A stretch of 64,000 nt of DNA from a bacterium (GTDB lineage: Bacteria > Bacteroidota > Ignavibacteria > UBA10030). A program made the translations under genes and the position numbers. The DNA lies in NCBI GenBank assembly GCA_043803945.1, contig JAZDJN010000035.1, forward strand, positions 1 to 64,000, given 5' to 3'. Within the stretch, counting starts at the first letter, position 1; each line of letters opens with the position of its first letter. Positions 1-8,185 of this stretch are shown piece by piece. The notes below the pieces were generated by a model. The model saw nothing but the letters and a program-made list of their open reading frames with translations. It was not told where the DNA came from and did not search any database.

Positions 1-293
1 AGTGCGGAACTTGATCGAACGAATGAGCAACCACCACGATGCGGTGCTTGCGTTTATGGAAGACTTTCGTGTTCCGTTCACGAACAATCAAGCTGAACGC
101 GACCTTCGAATGCTGAAGGTAAAACAAAAGATCTCTGGCACGTTCCGCAGTCGTGCAGGTGGTAATGCGTTTTGTCGTATTCGTGGCTATATCTCGACTG
201 CGAGCAAGAATGCCTGCTCTGCATTTGACGCCATCGTCATGGCATTCAATGGTATTCCATTTATTCCAAAGAACATTTACGCTGTGTAGTTAC
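1..293 (+). mobile_element. IS66-family insertion sequence, right end
   Basis: Transposase C-terminus followed by GCTGTGTAGTTAC (281-293), an IS66-type terminus ending in TTAC. Confidence 0.85.
2..289 (+). CDS. tnpC: IS66-family transposase, C-terminal part (5'-truncated by window)
   Basis: Motif VPFTNNQAERDLRMLKVKQKISGTFRS...FCRIRGYIST is typical of IS66 TnpC. Confidence 0.9.
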   Translation: MRNLIERMSNHHDAVLAFMEDFRVPFTNNQAERDLRMLKVKQKISGTFRSRAGGNAFCRIRGYISTASKNACSAFDAIVMAFNGIPFIPKNIYAV

Positions 294-385
294 AATTTCT
301 TCATTGAGAGAATATCGCGACATATTAGCAGTTGGCAACAAGTTCATCTATTTGCAGATCCATTTGGAAATTGTAAAACAACGCC

Positions 386-543
386 GCCTAACAATCGTGC
401 TTGCGACGCTCGCTCGTTTGGTTACGGCGAATAGAGATCTAAATAGAGGTATGTCAATTGTGCTCGCTCCAATTCGTGCCGCCACACAATTGAGCTTTCT
501 TAGTGGCGGCACTCAACGGCGCAAGCACTCACACTGCTTATGT
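386..543 (+). repeat. attC-like site 1
   Basis: Starts GCCTAAC, imperfect palindrome, ends CTTATGT (degenerate GTT); shares AACAATCGTGCTTGCGACGCTCGCTCGTTTGGTTA with sites 2 and 3. Confidence 0.75.
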
Positions 544-589
544 GCTACGCAGCCGAACCAGATTTCTCTTGCAACCGTTTTAATAGAAT

Positions 590-1297
590 ATGGATACCTT
601 CGAAACAATCGACAATCATCGACTAATATACAATGGCTTGGAGCATGTTGAGTTTGAGCTGACACGTTCAACTACCAGTTACTTCCGGGTAGCTCGTGAG
701 GCTCACCAAGTACTTTATCGGTCAATTATTGCATCGCTGAGAGGTACTTCAAATCTTTCCGTTACGGGAAAACCGAGCGGTCGTCGGGAGCATAGATATC
801 AATTTAACCAGGGATCTGTACAAGAGATTCACAAGCAGACCATTCCAGGCTGTAAAAAAGCGTGGCGTTTTTCTGCTCCAATTACTGTTCAGAGTCACTT
901 CCAAGGCGGGCATACAGAGATGCCATCCGAGGACTTTCTGATTCCATTCTATGATGCTCTTGCGATGGTGCAGGCAGACTGCTTCATGCACCGGTTTGTA
1001 GATAGTATTGCAGTCAAGGTCTCTGATCAAGAAATGAGCATCCTTGAGTGGCTTCACGAGGCAATCAGAAATGAATATGAACATTTTGTGCCGAAGGCGT
1101 ATTCTTCCCCGATTAAGCATCTATTACAGGCGGCACAGTTGGCGATTTTAAAAGCATATGCTTGTTTGCTCGATTCGAATAACGTGAGCTTTTATTCCCA
1201 TTCAGTTACGCTCTCTAACATGGAATGTAAACTTAACAGCGTCATGGCAATCATCGATTCTCATTTCAGTAAGGCGGCAGGCGAGCCATGGAAATAG
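590..1297 (+). CDS. Cassette hypothetical protein with HEPN-like motif
   Basis: 235-aa ORF filling the interval between attC1 and attC2; RNEYEH motif. Confidence 0.7.
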   Translation: MDTFETIDNHRLIYNGLEHVEFELTRSTTSYFRVAREAHQVLYRSIIASLRGTSNLSVTGKPSGRREHRYQFNQGSVQEIHKQTIPGCKKAWRFSAPITVQSHFQGGHTEMPSEDFLIPFYDALAMVQADCFMHRFVDSIAVKVSDQEMSILEWLHEAIRNEYEHFVPKAYSSPIKHLLQAAQLAILKAYACLLDSNNVSFYSHSVTLSNMECKLNSVMAIIDSHFSKAAGEPWK

Positions 1298-1323
1298 AAA
1301 TTGGATTTCGTACGGCTGCGCGC

Positions 1324-1479
1324 ACATAACAATCGTGCTTGCGACGCTCGCTCGTTTGGTTATGTCAAATAGGAATCTAAATAGCGTTATATCAATTGTG
1401 CTCGCTCCACCCCGCTGCTTCGCAGAATTAGAATTTTCATAGCTCGCAGCGGGGCGACGCTATGCCTCGAACGTTAAGC
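1324..1479 (+). repeat. attC-like site 2
   Basis: ACATAAC...GTTAAGC with internal palindrome; GCACATAAC complements the cassette start TTATGTGC. Confidence 0.85.
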
Positions 1480-1519
1480 GCAAGCACGCATAGATGATTT
1501 CTAACTTTCCAAACATGGA

Positions 1520-2473
1520 GTGACAATGGCAAATTATTCCGTTGGTTTCATCTTCACGAGATGCTTTCTCCAAAAAGAACTCATCATTAAGGATAATATT
1601 ATTGTCAAACCTTTACTTCCATCTTCATCCCTTGGAGAATTGCATAACCTAAAAAGGTTATTGGCTCAAACTTCCTTCAACTTTCCAAATAGAAAGTTCC
1701 AGGAAACAATTGAAAGCCTTAAAACGTCAGGCCAATCTGTTCTAATCCTGTTTAACAATATAGATCAAAAGAATTGTATTACAGCAATCGAAGCTTTGGA
1801 AGAGGATGTTGAGGCTATCGCCGGATCTTTGGCAGTCGTTTCTCGTAATCCAGTCATAAAATTGTGTGGATATGCCCAAGATTCAAAAGAATCGTGTATA
1901 AAATTTTATCTTCCTCACGATGATATCGTGAAGCATGCTATCAATATTCATAGTGATTTAGATGCCGCATCAGATATCGCAAATAGAGCATTGACTGATT
2001 CTAAGTATGCTTTGCTATTAAGACTATATAGGTCATCGCTTCGAGAGCCCGAAGTTGATAATCAAATATTATTTCAACTTATTCTTCTTGAAGAGGCATC
2101 TGATACTTCATCTGGTGACAGCTTTGCTAAACGCCTTAGAGCATTCTGCGACCAAAATGGTCTTCATAATGAACTAAACTATCTTGTCCAAGATCTTGAA
2201 ATAATCTTTCCTTCTGATAAAGATATCATCGACGCTCTTGTGAAATTGAGAAATTGTTGTGCACATAATGGCAAAATTGATAAAGCTACCTTGGAACAGT
2301 ATAACGGTGAATGGCTTTATTCTCTATTAGATGATAAACCAAAGCTTCAGAAGCTGATTGCAGGTACTATTCGTTACTTGTTTGCAGTTCTAGTCGGTCA
2401 TAGCCATGAAGCAAAAGCAACTCCGATTTCACTAGCAGCAGGAGAAGAGTTTAAGCTTAAATTCAATGACTAA
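1520..2473 (+). CDS. Cassette protein with C-terminal HEPN-like domain
   Basis: 317-aa ORF between attC2 and attC3; helical C-terminus with LRNCCAHNG. Confidence 0.7.
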   Translation: MTMANYSVGFIFTRCFLQKELIIKDNIIVKPLLPSSSLGELHNLKRLLAQTSFNFPNRKFQETIESLKTSGQSVLILFNNIDQKNCITAIEALEEDVEAIAGSLAVVSRNPVIKLCGYAQDSKESCIKFYLPHDDIVKHAINIHSDLDAASDIANRALTDSKYALLLRLYRSSLREPEVDNQILFQLILLEEASDTSSGDSFAKRLRAFCDQNGLHNELNYLVQDLEIIFPSDKDIIDALVKLRNCCAHNGKIDKATLEQYNGEWLYSLLDDKPKLQKLIAGTIRYLFAVLVGHSHEAKATPISLAAGEEFKLKFND

Positions 2474-2501
2474 TCATCTGATATGAGCTATGCGTGCCTG
2501 C

Positions 2502-2651
2502 GCTTAACAATCGTGCTTGCGACGCTCGCTCGTTTGGTTATGTCGAATAGGAATCTAAATATACATTTGTGCTCGCTCCATTTCGTGCCGCCACACAATT
2601 GAGCTTTCGTAGTGGCGGCACTCAACGGCGCAAAGCACTCAAACGTTATAG
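2502..2651 (+). repeat. attC-like site 3
   Basis: GCTTAAC...GTTATAG; closely similar to attC1. Confidence 0.85.
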
Positions 2652-2690
2652 GAAAATTGTTTTGCGCCCCCATTATTAAAACACAAATTT

Positions 2691-3092
2691 ATGAAATCAT
2701 CTACCGCTGATCATGCAAGAGATATTTGGGAAGAATTACGCAATGGCATTTTCACAGAACAGCATCTTATCCTTGTTGTTGCTGAAAGGCTAAAATATAT
2801 TTCTGTACGAGATAGCACTTATTTTGATTTACGCAATACAGCCACCGGGAAAGTTCTTGAAGTTATTGAATATATCTGCACTCCTAATCTGGAAATTGGT
2901 AAGATGAACGAGTTCGTTCTTTCTCAATCAATTCCCGTACAGTCGTTTCTATTAGACCGTTTTCTCTACGTTGATGAATACTTAAATAGATTAGATAAAA
3001 AAGAATTTTTCTTGTCTGATCCAGAAAGTTTTCTACGTTGGGGGTTAATTGATCTCTGGGATTCCAGGCCACGTATTGGAGAGTGGATATGA
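2691..3092 (+). CDS. Cassette hypothetical protein
   Basis: 133-aa ORF starting ~40 bp after attC3. Confidence 0.6.
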   Translation: MKSSTADHARDIWEELRNGIFTEQHLILVVAERLKYISVRDSTYFDLRNTATGKVLEVIEYICTPNLEIGKMNEFVLSQSIPVQSFLLDRFLYVDEYLNRLDKKEFFLSDPESFLRWGLIDLWDSRPRIGEWI

Positions 3093-3182
3093 TCGTAATA
3101 TAGTTTTTCCCTAATTGCATTCTCCAATATATCTTCGCTATTATACGTCTAATCATTTTTCTTTCCTTATTTGGGAGCCATC

Positions 3183-3389
3183 ATGGACAACAAGCGTATT
3201 GAAAAACTTCTTTATTTTATCATTATTTTGCTACTCGTGAATGCTCTCGTTCAGTTTCGTCCGTATCAAATTCAAGTCTGTTCTGACGCTTGTGGGTATC
3301 GAGTAAATACCTACAGCGGCGATATAAGATTTTTCAATACCAAGGGATTCTATCCTTCCCTCCAAGATAAAGAATGGTCGAACAAATAA
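3183..3389 (+). CDS. Small membrane-anchored cassette protein
   Basis: GGAG RBS before ATG; N-terminal hydrophobic stretch LLYFIIILLLVNALV. Confidence 0.5.
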   Translation: MDNKRIEKLLYFIIILLLVNALVQFRPYQIQVCSDACGYRVNTYSGDIRFFNTKGFYPSLQDKEWSNK

Positions 3390-3411
3390 TTTATGGGCGC
3401 AAAACAACTTC

Positions 3412-3541
3412 CTATAACAATCGGCACAACGACACTCGCTCTTTTTAACCTCCCTGGAATTGTGCTCGTTCCATTTGCTCAGCCGCAAAATTGATCTATC
3501 ATAGCGGCTTCGCAAACGGCGTTGTGCCTTGAACGTTATGT
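3412..3541 (+). repeat. attC-like site 4
   Basis: CTATAAC...GTTATGT; arms GGCACAACG/CGTTGTGCC. Confidence 0.85.
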
Positions 3542-3627
3542 GCCATGCGGCCCAAGACCAAGGGGCCGACTATCCCTGGCCGCAGATGAGGACCTTCTTG
3601 TTTTGGTGTACGCGAAAGGTGGCTGAA

Positions 3628-4578
3628 ATGAATCATCATCTAAGAGTCCTAATCAGCATCATATCTATGATGCCTCTCATCGCCGGATGTACCAAACATG
3701 AAGACAAATCAGCCGAAGAGGAGCAAACCAAGTCTGATCAGTCCTCAGGGGTTGTATCTGTAGAGGGAGCTCAACTTCACTATATCATAGAAGGAAAAGG
3801 AACTCCATGCCTTGTTCTCGGTCATTCAGAGAGCGCACGCCGAATATTGTCTGAGGAGTTGAGAAATCATTTCAAGTTTGTTTTTATGGACTTAAGGCAT
3901 GAAGCTCGATCCAATTCTTCATTAGAGATATCCAAAATAACGCTTGAGACATATCTTGATGACATTGACAACGTTCGGCGAACTCTGAGCCTTGATAAAA
4001 CTGCTGTCTTAGGACACTCCCATCATGGTCTTATTGCTCTTGAATATGCACGGAAGCATCCCCAAAACACAACTCATGTGGTTATGACGGGTTGCACGCC
4101 ATACACCGCCTGGGGAGCAGGCGATGAATTCTGGGAATCCGATGCTTCAGATGAAAGAAAGATGATCTTCAAACAGAACTGGGAAAAGCTTCCTCAGAAT
4201 GTGCTGGCGCAGTTGACACCAAAAGAGAGGCAGCTCAAAACATATATCGCCATGACTCCAAAACTGTTGTATGATCCCAAAGGTGACTTATCATCTATTG
4301 TTGATGCTTTTGAAAACAACAGGGAGGTCTTTCTTCATTACCAGCTCGTCATTCTTAAAGATTATGACATTGCAAAGAGGCCCGGCCGGGTTGAAACACC
4401 GGTGTTTCTTGCAATTGGCCGCTACGACTATGTGTCGCCTTACTACCTCTGGGATGAGAGAAAAGATGTTTTGCCGAACCTCTCCTATAATCTCTTCGAC
4501 AAAAGCGGTCATTTCCCAATGGTTGAGGAGCAGGAGCTATTTGACAGGAAGTTGCTTGAATGGATTAGCAGTCACTAG
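3628..4578 (+). CDS. Alpha/beta hydrolase (proline iminopeptidase-like), probable lipoprotein
   Basis: GHSHHG nucleophile elbow, GRYD, SGHFP catalytic His; lipobox LIAGC; ATG 3628 preferred since the ORF-track start lies inside attC4. Confidence 0.85.
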   Translation: MNHHLRVLISIISMMPLIAGCTKHEDKSAEEEQTKSDQSSGVVSVEGAQLHYIIEGKGTPCLVLGHSESARRILSEELRNHFKFVFMDLRHEARSNSSLEISKITLETYLDDIDNVRRTLSLDKTAVLGHSHHGLIALEYARKHPQNTTHVVMTGCTPYTAWGAGDEFWESDASDERKMIFKQNWEKLPQNVLAQLTPKERQLKTYIAMTPKLLYDPKGDLSSIVDAFENNREVFLHYQLVILKDYDIAKRPGRVETPVFLAIGRYDYVSPYYLWDERKDVLPNLSYNLFDKSGHFPMVEEQELFDRKLLEWISSH

Positions 4579-4649
4579 AATTCTCCAGTTGTCAGGCAGT
4601 TATCCTGTCATCCTGTCGCGGCCCTACCGCACCTTGATGGCCGCACGGC

Positions 4650-4753
4650 ACATAACAGCGGCAACAACGACGCTCACTCATTTGATAGGCCATGTTGAAG
4701 CGTAGCGTGAAAACAGTTGTGGTCGCTCAACGGTTTTGCCGCAGACGTTATGT
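4650..4753 (+). repeat. attC-like site 5
   Basis: ACATAAC...GTTATGT with complementary ends; arms GCGGCAA/TTGCCGC. Confidence 0.8.
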
Positions 4754-4795
4754 GCAATTGCCCCTTTATCGAACACCAAACAAAGGAGATTAAAA

Positions 4796-5525
4796 ATGAC
4801 CACTGACGCAACAAACGAAAAAACATTGAGTCTCAAATGGATTTACTTGGCTTGGGTTGGGATTATTTTTAGTTCCCTTGTCATTGGCACTGTTTCCGCT
4901 GTGCTGCAGGGTCCCCCAGAACCTATAAGTGCCAAGGTGGGTCTTAGTAATTTCACATTCTTTGCCATTACTCTCTACTCTCTCGGCTCAGTACTTTCCG
5001 TTGTGATACTGTACTTGCTTCTTCGTTCAAGGGGGATGAGCCTACGATCAGTTGGCCTGACCGGGGGAATCTCTAAGAAAGGGGTACTGTACGCTTTGCT
5101 TGGACTGGCTCTTGGTATTCTCCTGTATGATGGCATTGAAGCGATTGTCGAATCACTTGGTACACACATGTTCTGGAGGGGGCCGGTTCATCAACACCCA
5201 GGTGGATCACCGCGTACGATCTAACGCTTGTGGTATCTTTTGCCGTCATCATCGGACCGGTCGTAGAGGAAATAATTTTCAGGGGTTACGTGGTATCTGC
5301 CCTTAGGCAAACCAAGTTGACGAAACTCGCAGTATATGTCCTTTCGGCAGTAATCTTCGCCAGTGTCCATATCTTCATAGGGCCAGGAGCAATGATATTC
5401 ATATTTTTCTGGTCATTCATCCCACGTTCTTGTTCTTGAAATTCAACAATCTATACCCAGGAATGTTGTTCCATGTTCTCAATAATGTCTTTGCCTATGT
5501 CGCAGCCCCAATGTGGCTCTCTTGA
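4796..5525 (+). pseudogene. CAAX protease (CPBP/Abi family) cassette, frameshifted twice
   Basis: Three consecutive frames: TM N-terminus; PVVEEIIFRG and FASVH; LYPGMLFHVLNN. Confidence 0.75.
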
Positions 5526-5555
5526 AAATCAAGTACAGTCCTTCGGGGCAACTTC

Positions 5556-5671
5556 ACTTAACAAACGGCAAACCGGCGCTCGCACTCTGGATAGGCGATG
5601 TTAGAACTGAGGTTGGCTATATATAGTGCTCGCGCCATTGCGTCCCGCCACGGAAATGAGTTATTCAGGTG
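5556..5671 (+). repeat. attC-like site 6, truncated
   Basis: ACTTAAC start and GTGCTCGC...CCGCCAC...TGAG core as in attC1/3, but the right arm and GTT box are missing. Confidence 0.65.
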
Positions 5672-5782
5672 ATATAGCCCTTTAGAATTCATTTTAAGCC
5701 AGCAAGGATCGTGTAGGATAGCTTTAAAATTGTATAGGGGTATGAATTATGGGTGTAAATACTGTAGCTCTTGTGAGGCTCA

Positions 5783-6520
5783 TTAGAAAAACTTTGTGAT
5801 AGCAACTCCATAATTGTCCGGACAGACAACGCCGCCTACTCCCCAATCCTTGTAGGCTACACCACCAACCAATAAGGGTCCGAACTGAATACTGCCGCCA
5901 AAGGATTTCGCAATACCTGCGCCAAGATATGTTTTCCATGAAGGGATATCGTTGGATGGCTTCAATCTCTGGACATTGAATGACACAAGGCTCATATATC
6001 GTTCATCGACAATGATACGTGCATCGATGTATTTCAATTCGTCCTCATATAAGACAACACTTATCGGAGGAAGCGGATTGAACGTGAACAAACCTGAAAC
6101 GCTTAACGGATGTGTCTCTAACAGGCCACTAACTCTTACTATACCATTGTCTGAGAACAGCTCGAATCTGTAGTTCTGTCTAGACGAATCGACCATGTAG
6201 ACAATGCCATGCCCTGAATCATTTCTGAGCTTTACAACAAGTTCTTGGAACTGTTTGATGCTGATATCACGTTTACCTAATTCAGCATACAATACTTTTT
6301 GCTTCTCTTTCAACTGGTTCCACAACTCGCGCTCAGATTCGACTTCCCGCACTTTCCGTTCCCACTGATTCACTCCTACCTTGTGCAAGCTGTCTGCAGC
6401 GATCCTCTCAGCTCTTAATGACGATACTTCCCTGTTATGTTGAACTTCTCGAACCCAATACACTATCATAAAACCGAGAACTATGACTGGCACTATCGCC
6501 CACTTTTTAATTTTGCCCAT
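5783..6520 (-). CDS. Membrane-anchored coiled-coil lysis protein (spanin-like)
   Basis: N-terminal TM, coiled coil, C-terminal beta-strands; follows the endolysin; ATG 6520 preferred. Confidence 0.55.
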   Translation of the reverse strand: MGKIKKWAIVPVIVLGFMIVYWVREVQHNREVSSLRAERIAADSLHKVGVNQWERKVREVESERELWNQLKEKQKVLYAELGKRDISIKQFQELVVKLRNDSGHGIVYMVDSSRQNYRFELFSDNGIVRVSGLLETHPLSVSGLFTFNPLPPISVVLYEDELKYIDARIIVDERYMSLVSFNVQRLKPSNDIPSWKTYLGAGIAKSFGGSIQFGPLLVGGVAYKDWGVGGVVCPDNYGVAITKFF

Positions 6521-7176
6521 CTTTCTTCCTTCCTCATTTGATCTGCGATACGAACTATCTTCTCGGCATAGTCTCTCGGCTCTGAAAGAATGGTGAGCTT
6601 CAATACTTCCCAATTAGCACCATGCTTCTCAAGCCTGTTCTTCAAACGAGCAGGACCGGTATTATAACCCGCTGTAGCCACGAGTTCACATAACTTTTCA
6701 TCGAACATCATCCTATGCCGGACCTTGGGATTCTTGGTCGCAATCAAATACTGTTCGATGAATAGCATGTATCGTGACATCGCTCTGATTCCCCAGAACG
6801 GATTGTACAATACGGGGCGCTCTACCTTAGAGAATGCTTCGGCTGGATCCACCCCCTTTGCTCCATACATTGTTGCTGTAGACCAAATAAACTGTGTAAC
6901 CCCTGCAGCTCCTTTGCCTTGCTTGATGCCGGCAACAGTGTCCAATCCAGCCTTCTTCCATCCACCGTAATCAGAAGTAGCTAATGGATTGAACCCACTT
7001 TCACTATACACCTGAGCCAATCGGTAGAATACCTTGTCTCTGCCGCCATACACAGAATCAACACTACGTTTGAGCGCAGCGTCCCACTTGAAAACGTGCC
7101 GATTCTCAAACTTAGAATTGAAGGGCAATAGCGACAAACACCAGACCGACAACAATAGCCATCGCGATTGGATCAT
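6493..7176 (-). CDS. Endolysin, lytic transglycosylase (SLT) family
   Basis: AQVYSESGFNP (catalytic Glu), GAAGVTQF, GYNTG motifs; hydrophobic N-terminus. Confidence 0.85.
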   Translation of the reverse strand: MIQSRWLLLSVWCLSLLPFNSKFENRHVFKWDAALKRSVDSVYGGRDKVFYRLAQVYSESGFNPLATSDYGGWKKAGLDTVAGIKQGKGAAGVTQFIWSTATMYGAKGVDPAEAFSKVERPVLYNPFWGIRAMSRYMLFIEQYLIATKNPKVRHRMMFDEKLCELVATAGYNTGPARLKNRLEKHGANWEVLKLTILSEPRDYAEKIVRIADQMRKEERWAKLKSGR

Positions 7177-7414
7177 CTTTGATTGTCTCCTGTATATGGA
7201 ACTTTGGAAATCCCCACTTCAATACGATGAGCGACATACTTACGCCAATTCCAATGTTGATCAGCTTCCCTACTGCCAGCTGAATAATGTTTCTGAACCA
7301 CACATCATCTGCAGCAATTTGCCCCATCAGCAGCCCGACCACAACCATTGCGATCATTGAAGCGTGCCGCTTTAGGTTATACTTGACTCTTGCCAATAAT
7401 GAATATGAACTCAT
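7112..7414 (-). CDS. Holin-like membrane protein
   Basis: 100 aa, three hydrophobic segments, overlaps the endolysin start. Confidence 0.65.
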   Translation of the reverse strand: MSSYSLLARVKYNLKRHASMIAMVVVGLLMGQIAADDVWFRNIIQLAVGKLINIGIGVSMSLIVLKWGFPKFHIQETIKDDPIAMAIVVGLVFVAIALQF

Positions 7415-7472
7415 CTAAAATCCTTTCCTCAATTTGAGAAATGTGCTTTTCGGCTTGATTGTTGGGGCCAGT

Positions 7473-7919
7473 CTATTCACTAACACCTCCGTCTATTCGG
7501 GAAACTCGGAGAACACTCCTGATCTCGGCAATTGATATTGCCAACTGTTGCTGGGACACAGCCAAAGCAGAAACCATTACCTTCTGCTCTGATAAAATCT
7601 TGTTGGAATATTCCATGTGAGTGCTGATAACCTTCAGACTGCCATTAATCTCCTTTCTCCATAAATCAAGCTCGGCCAATCGTTCCATCACCACAACCTT
7701 ATCAGAGGCATGCAGCGTAGCCAGTCTCTCTATGGCAGTCTGAAGCGACTTGTCATTTAAACATCGCTCATCGGATTCTTTCGTAATCTCTTCTGCAGCG
7801 AACTTCTTTGATTCTTCCTTACTGCCGTTGATAGATTTCACAATACCAACGATCACAGATCCCACACCCAAGAATATCGTGACAAGAATTCCGGCTATTT
7901 TCAAAGCCTCATATTGCAT
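7473..7919 (-). CDS. TM plus coiled-coil phage protein (lysis-associated)
   Basis: N-terminal TM then helical region; position before holin. Confidence 0.55.
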   Translation of the reverse strand: MQYEALKIAGILVTIFLGVGSVIVGIVKSINGSKEESKKFAAEEITKESDERCLNDKSLQTAIERLATLHASDKVVVMERLAELDLWRKEINGSLKVISTHMEYSNKILSEQKVMVSALAVSQQQLAISIAEIRSVLRVSRIDGGVSE

Positions 7920-7927
7920 GGCAGCTC

Positions 7928-8185
7928 CTATTCTGCAGTGCTTGGATCCGTAAATAAGGTGTTTAGAATAAACTCCTCAGCTTGATACAAATATTTCCCG
8001 CCAACAAAGTCTTTTGGCAGGACTACATCGGTAACAACTGAAGCATTCGTCGAATTCAAATACGCTACAATGAATTCGGTATTTCCGGTGGATTCGTTCT
8101 TCACTATAACGCTGTTCTCCCCCACCTCGAAATCGTATGGCCCACCGTGAACAACAACACCCTTAGTATCAATCAGTATCTTCAT
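7928..8185 (-). CDS. Putative tail fibre assembly protein
   Basis: LPKDFVGGKYLY-type C-terminus; directly after fibre gene. Confidence 0.5.
   Translation of the reverse strand: MKILIDTKGVVVHGGPYDFEVGENSVIVKNESTGNTEFIVAYLNSTNASVVTDVVLPKDFVGGKYLYQAEEFILNTLFTDPSTAE

Noticed and set aside
304-651. ORFs running across attC sites (304-651, 2488-2673, 44800-45000)
   Set aside because: Translations of the attC repeats themselves
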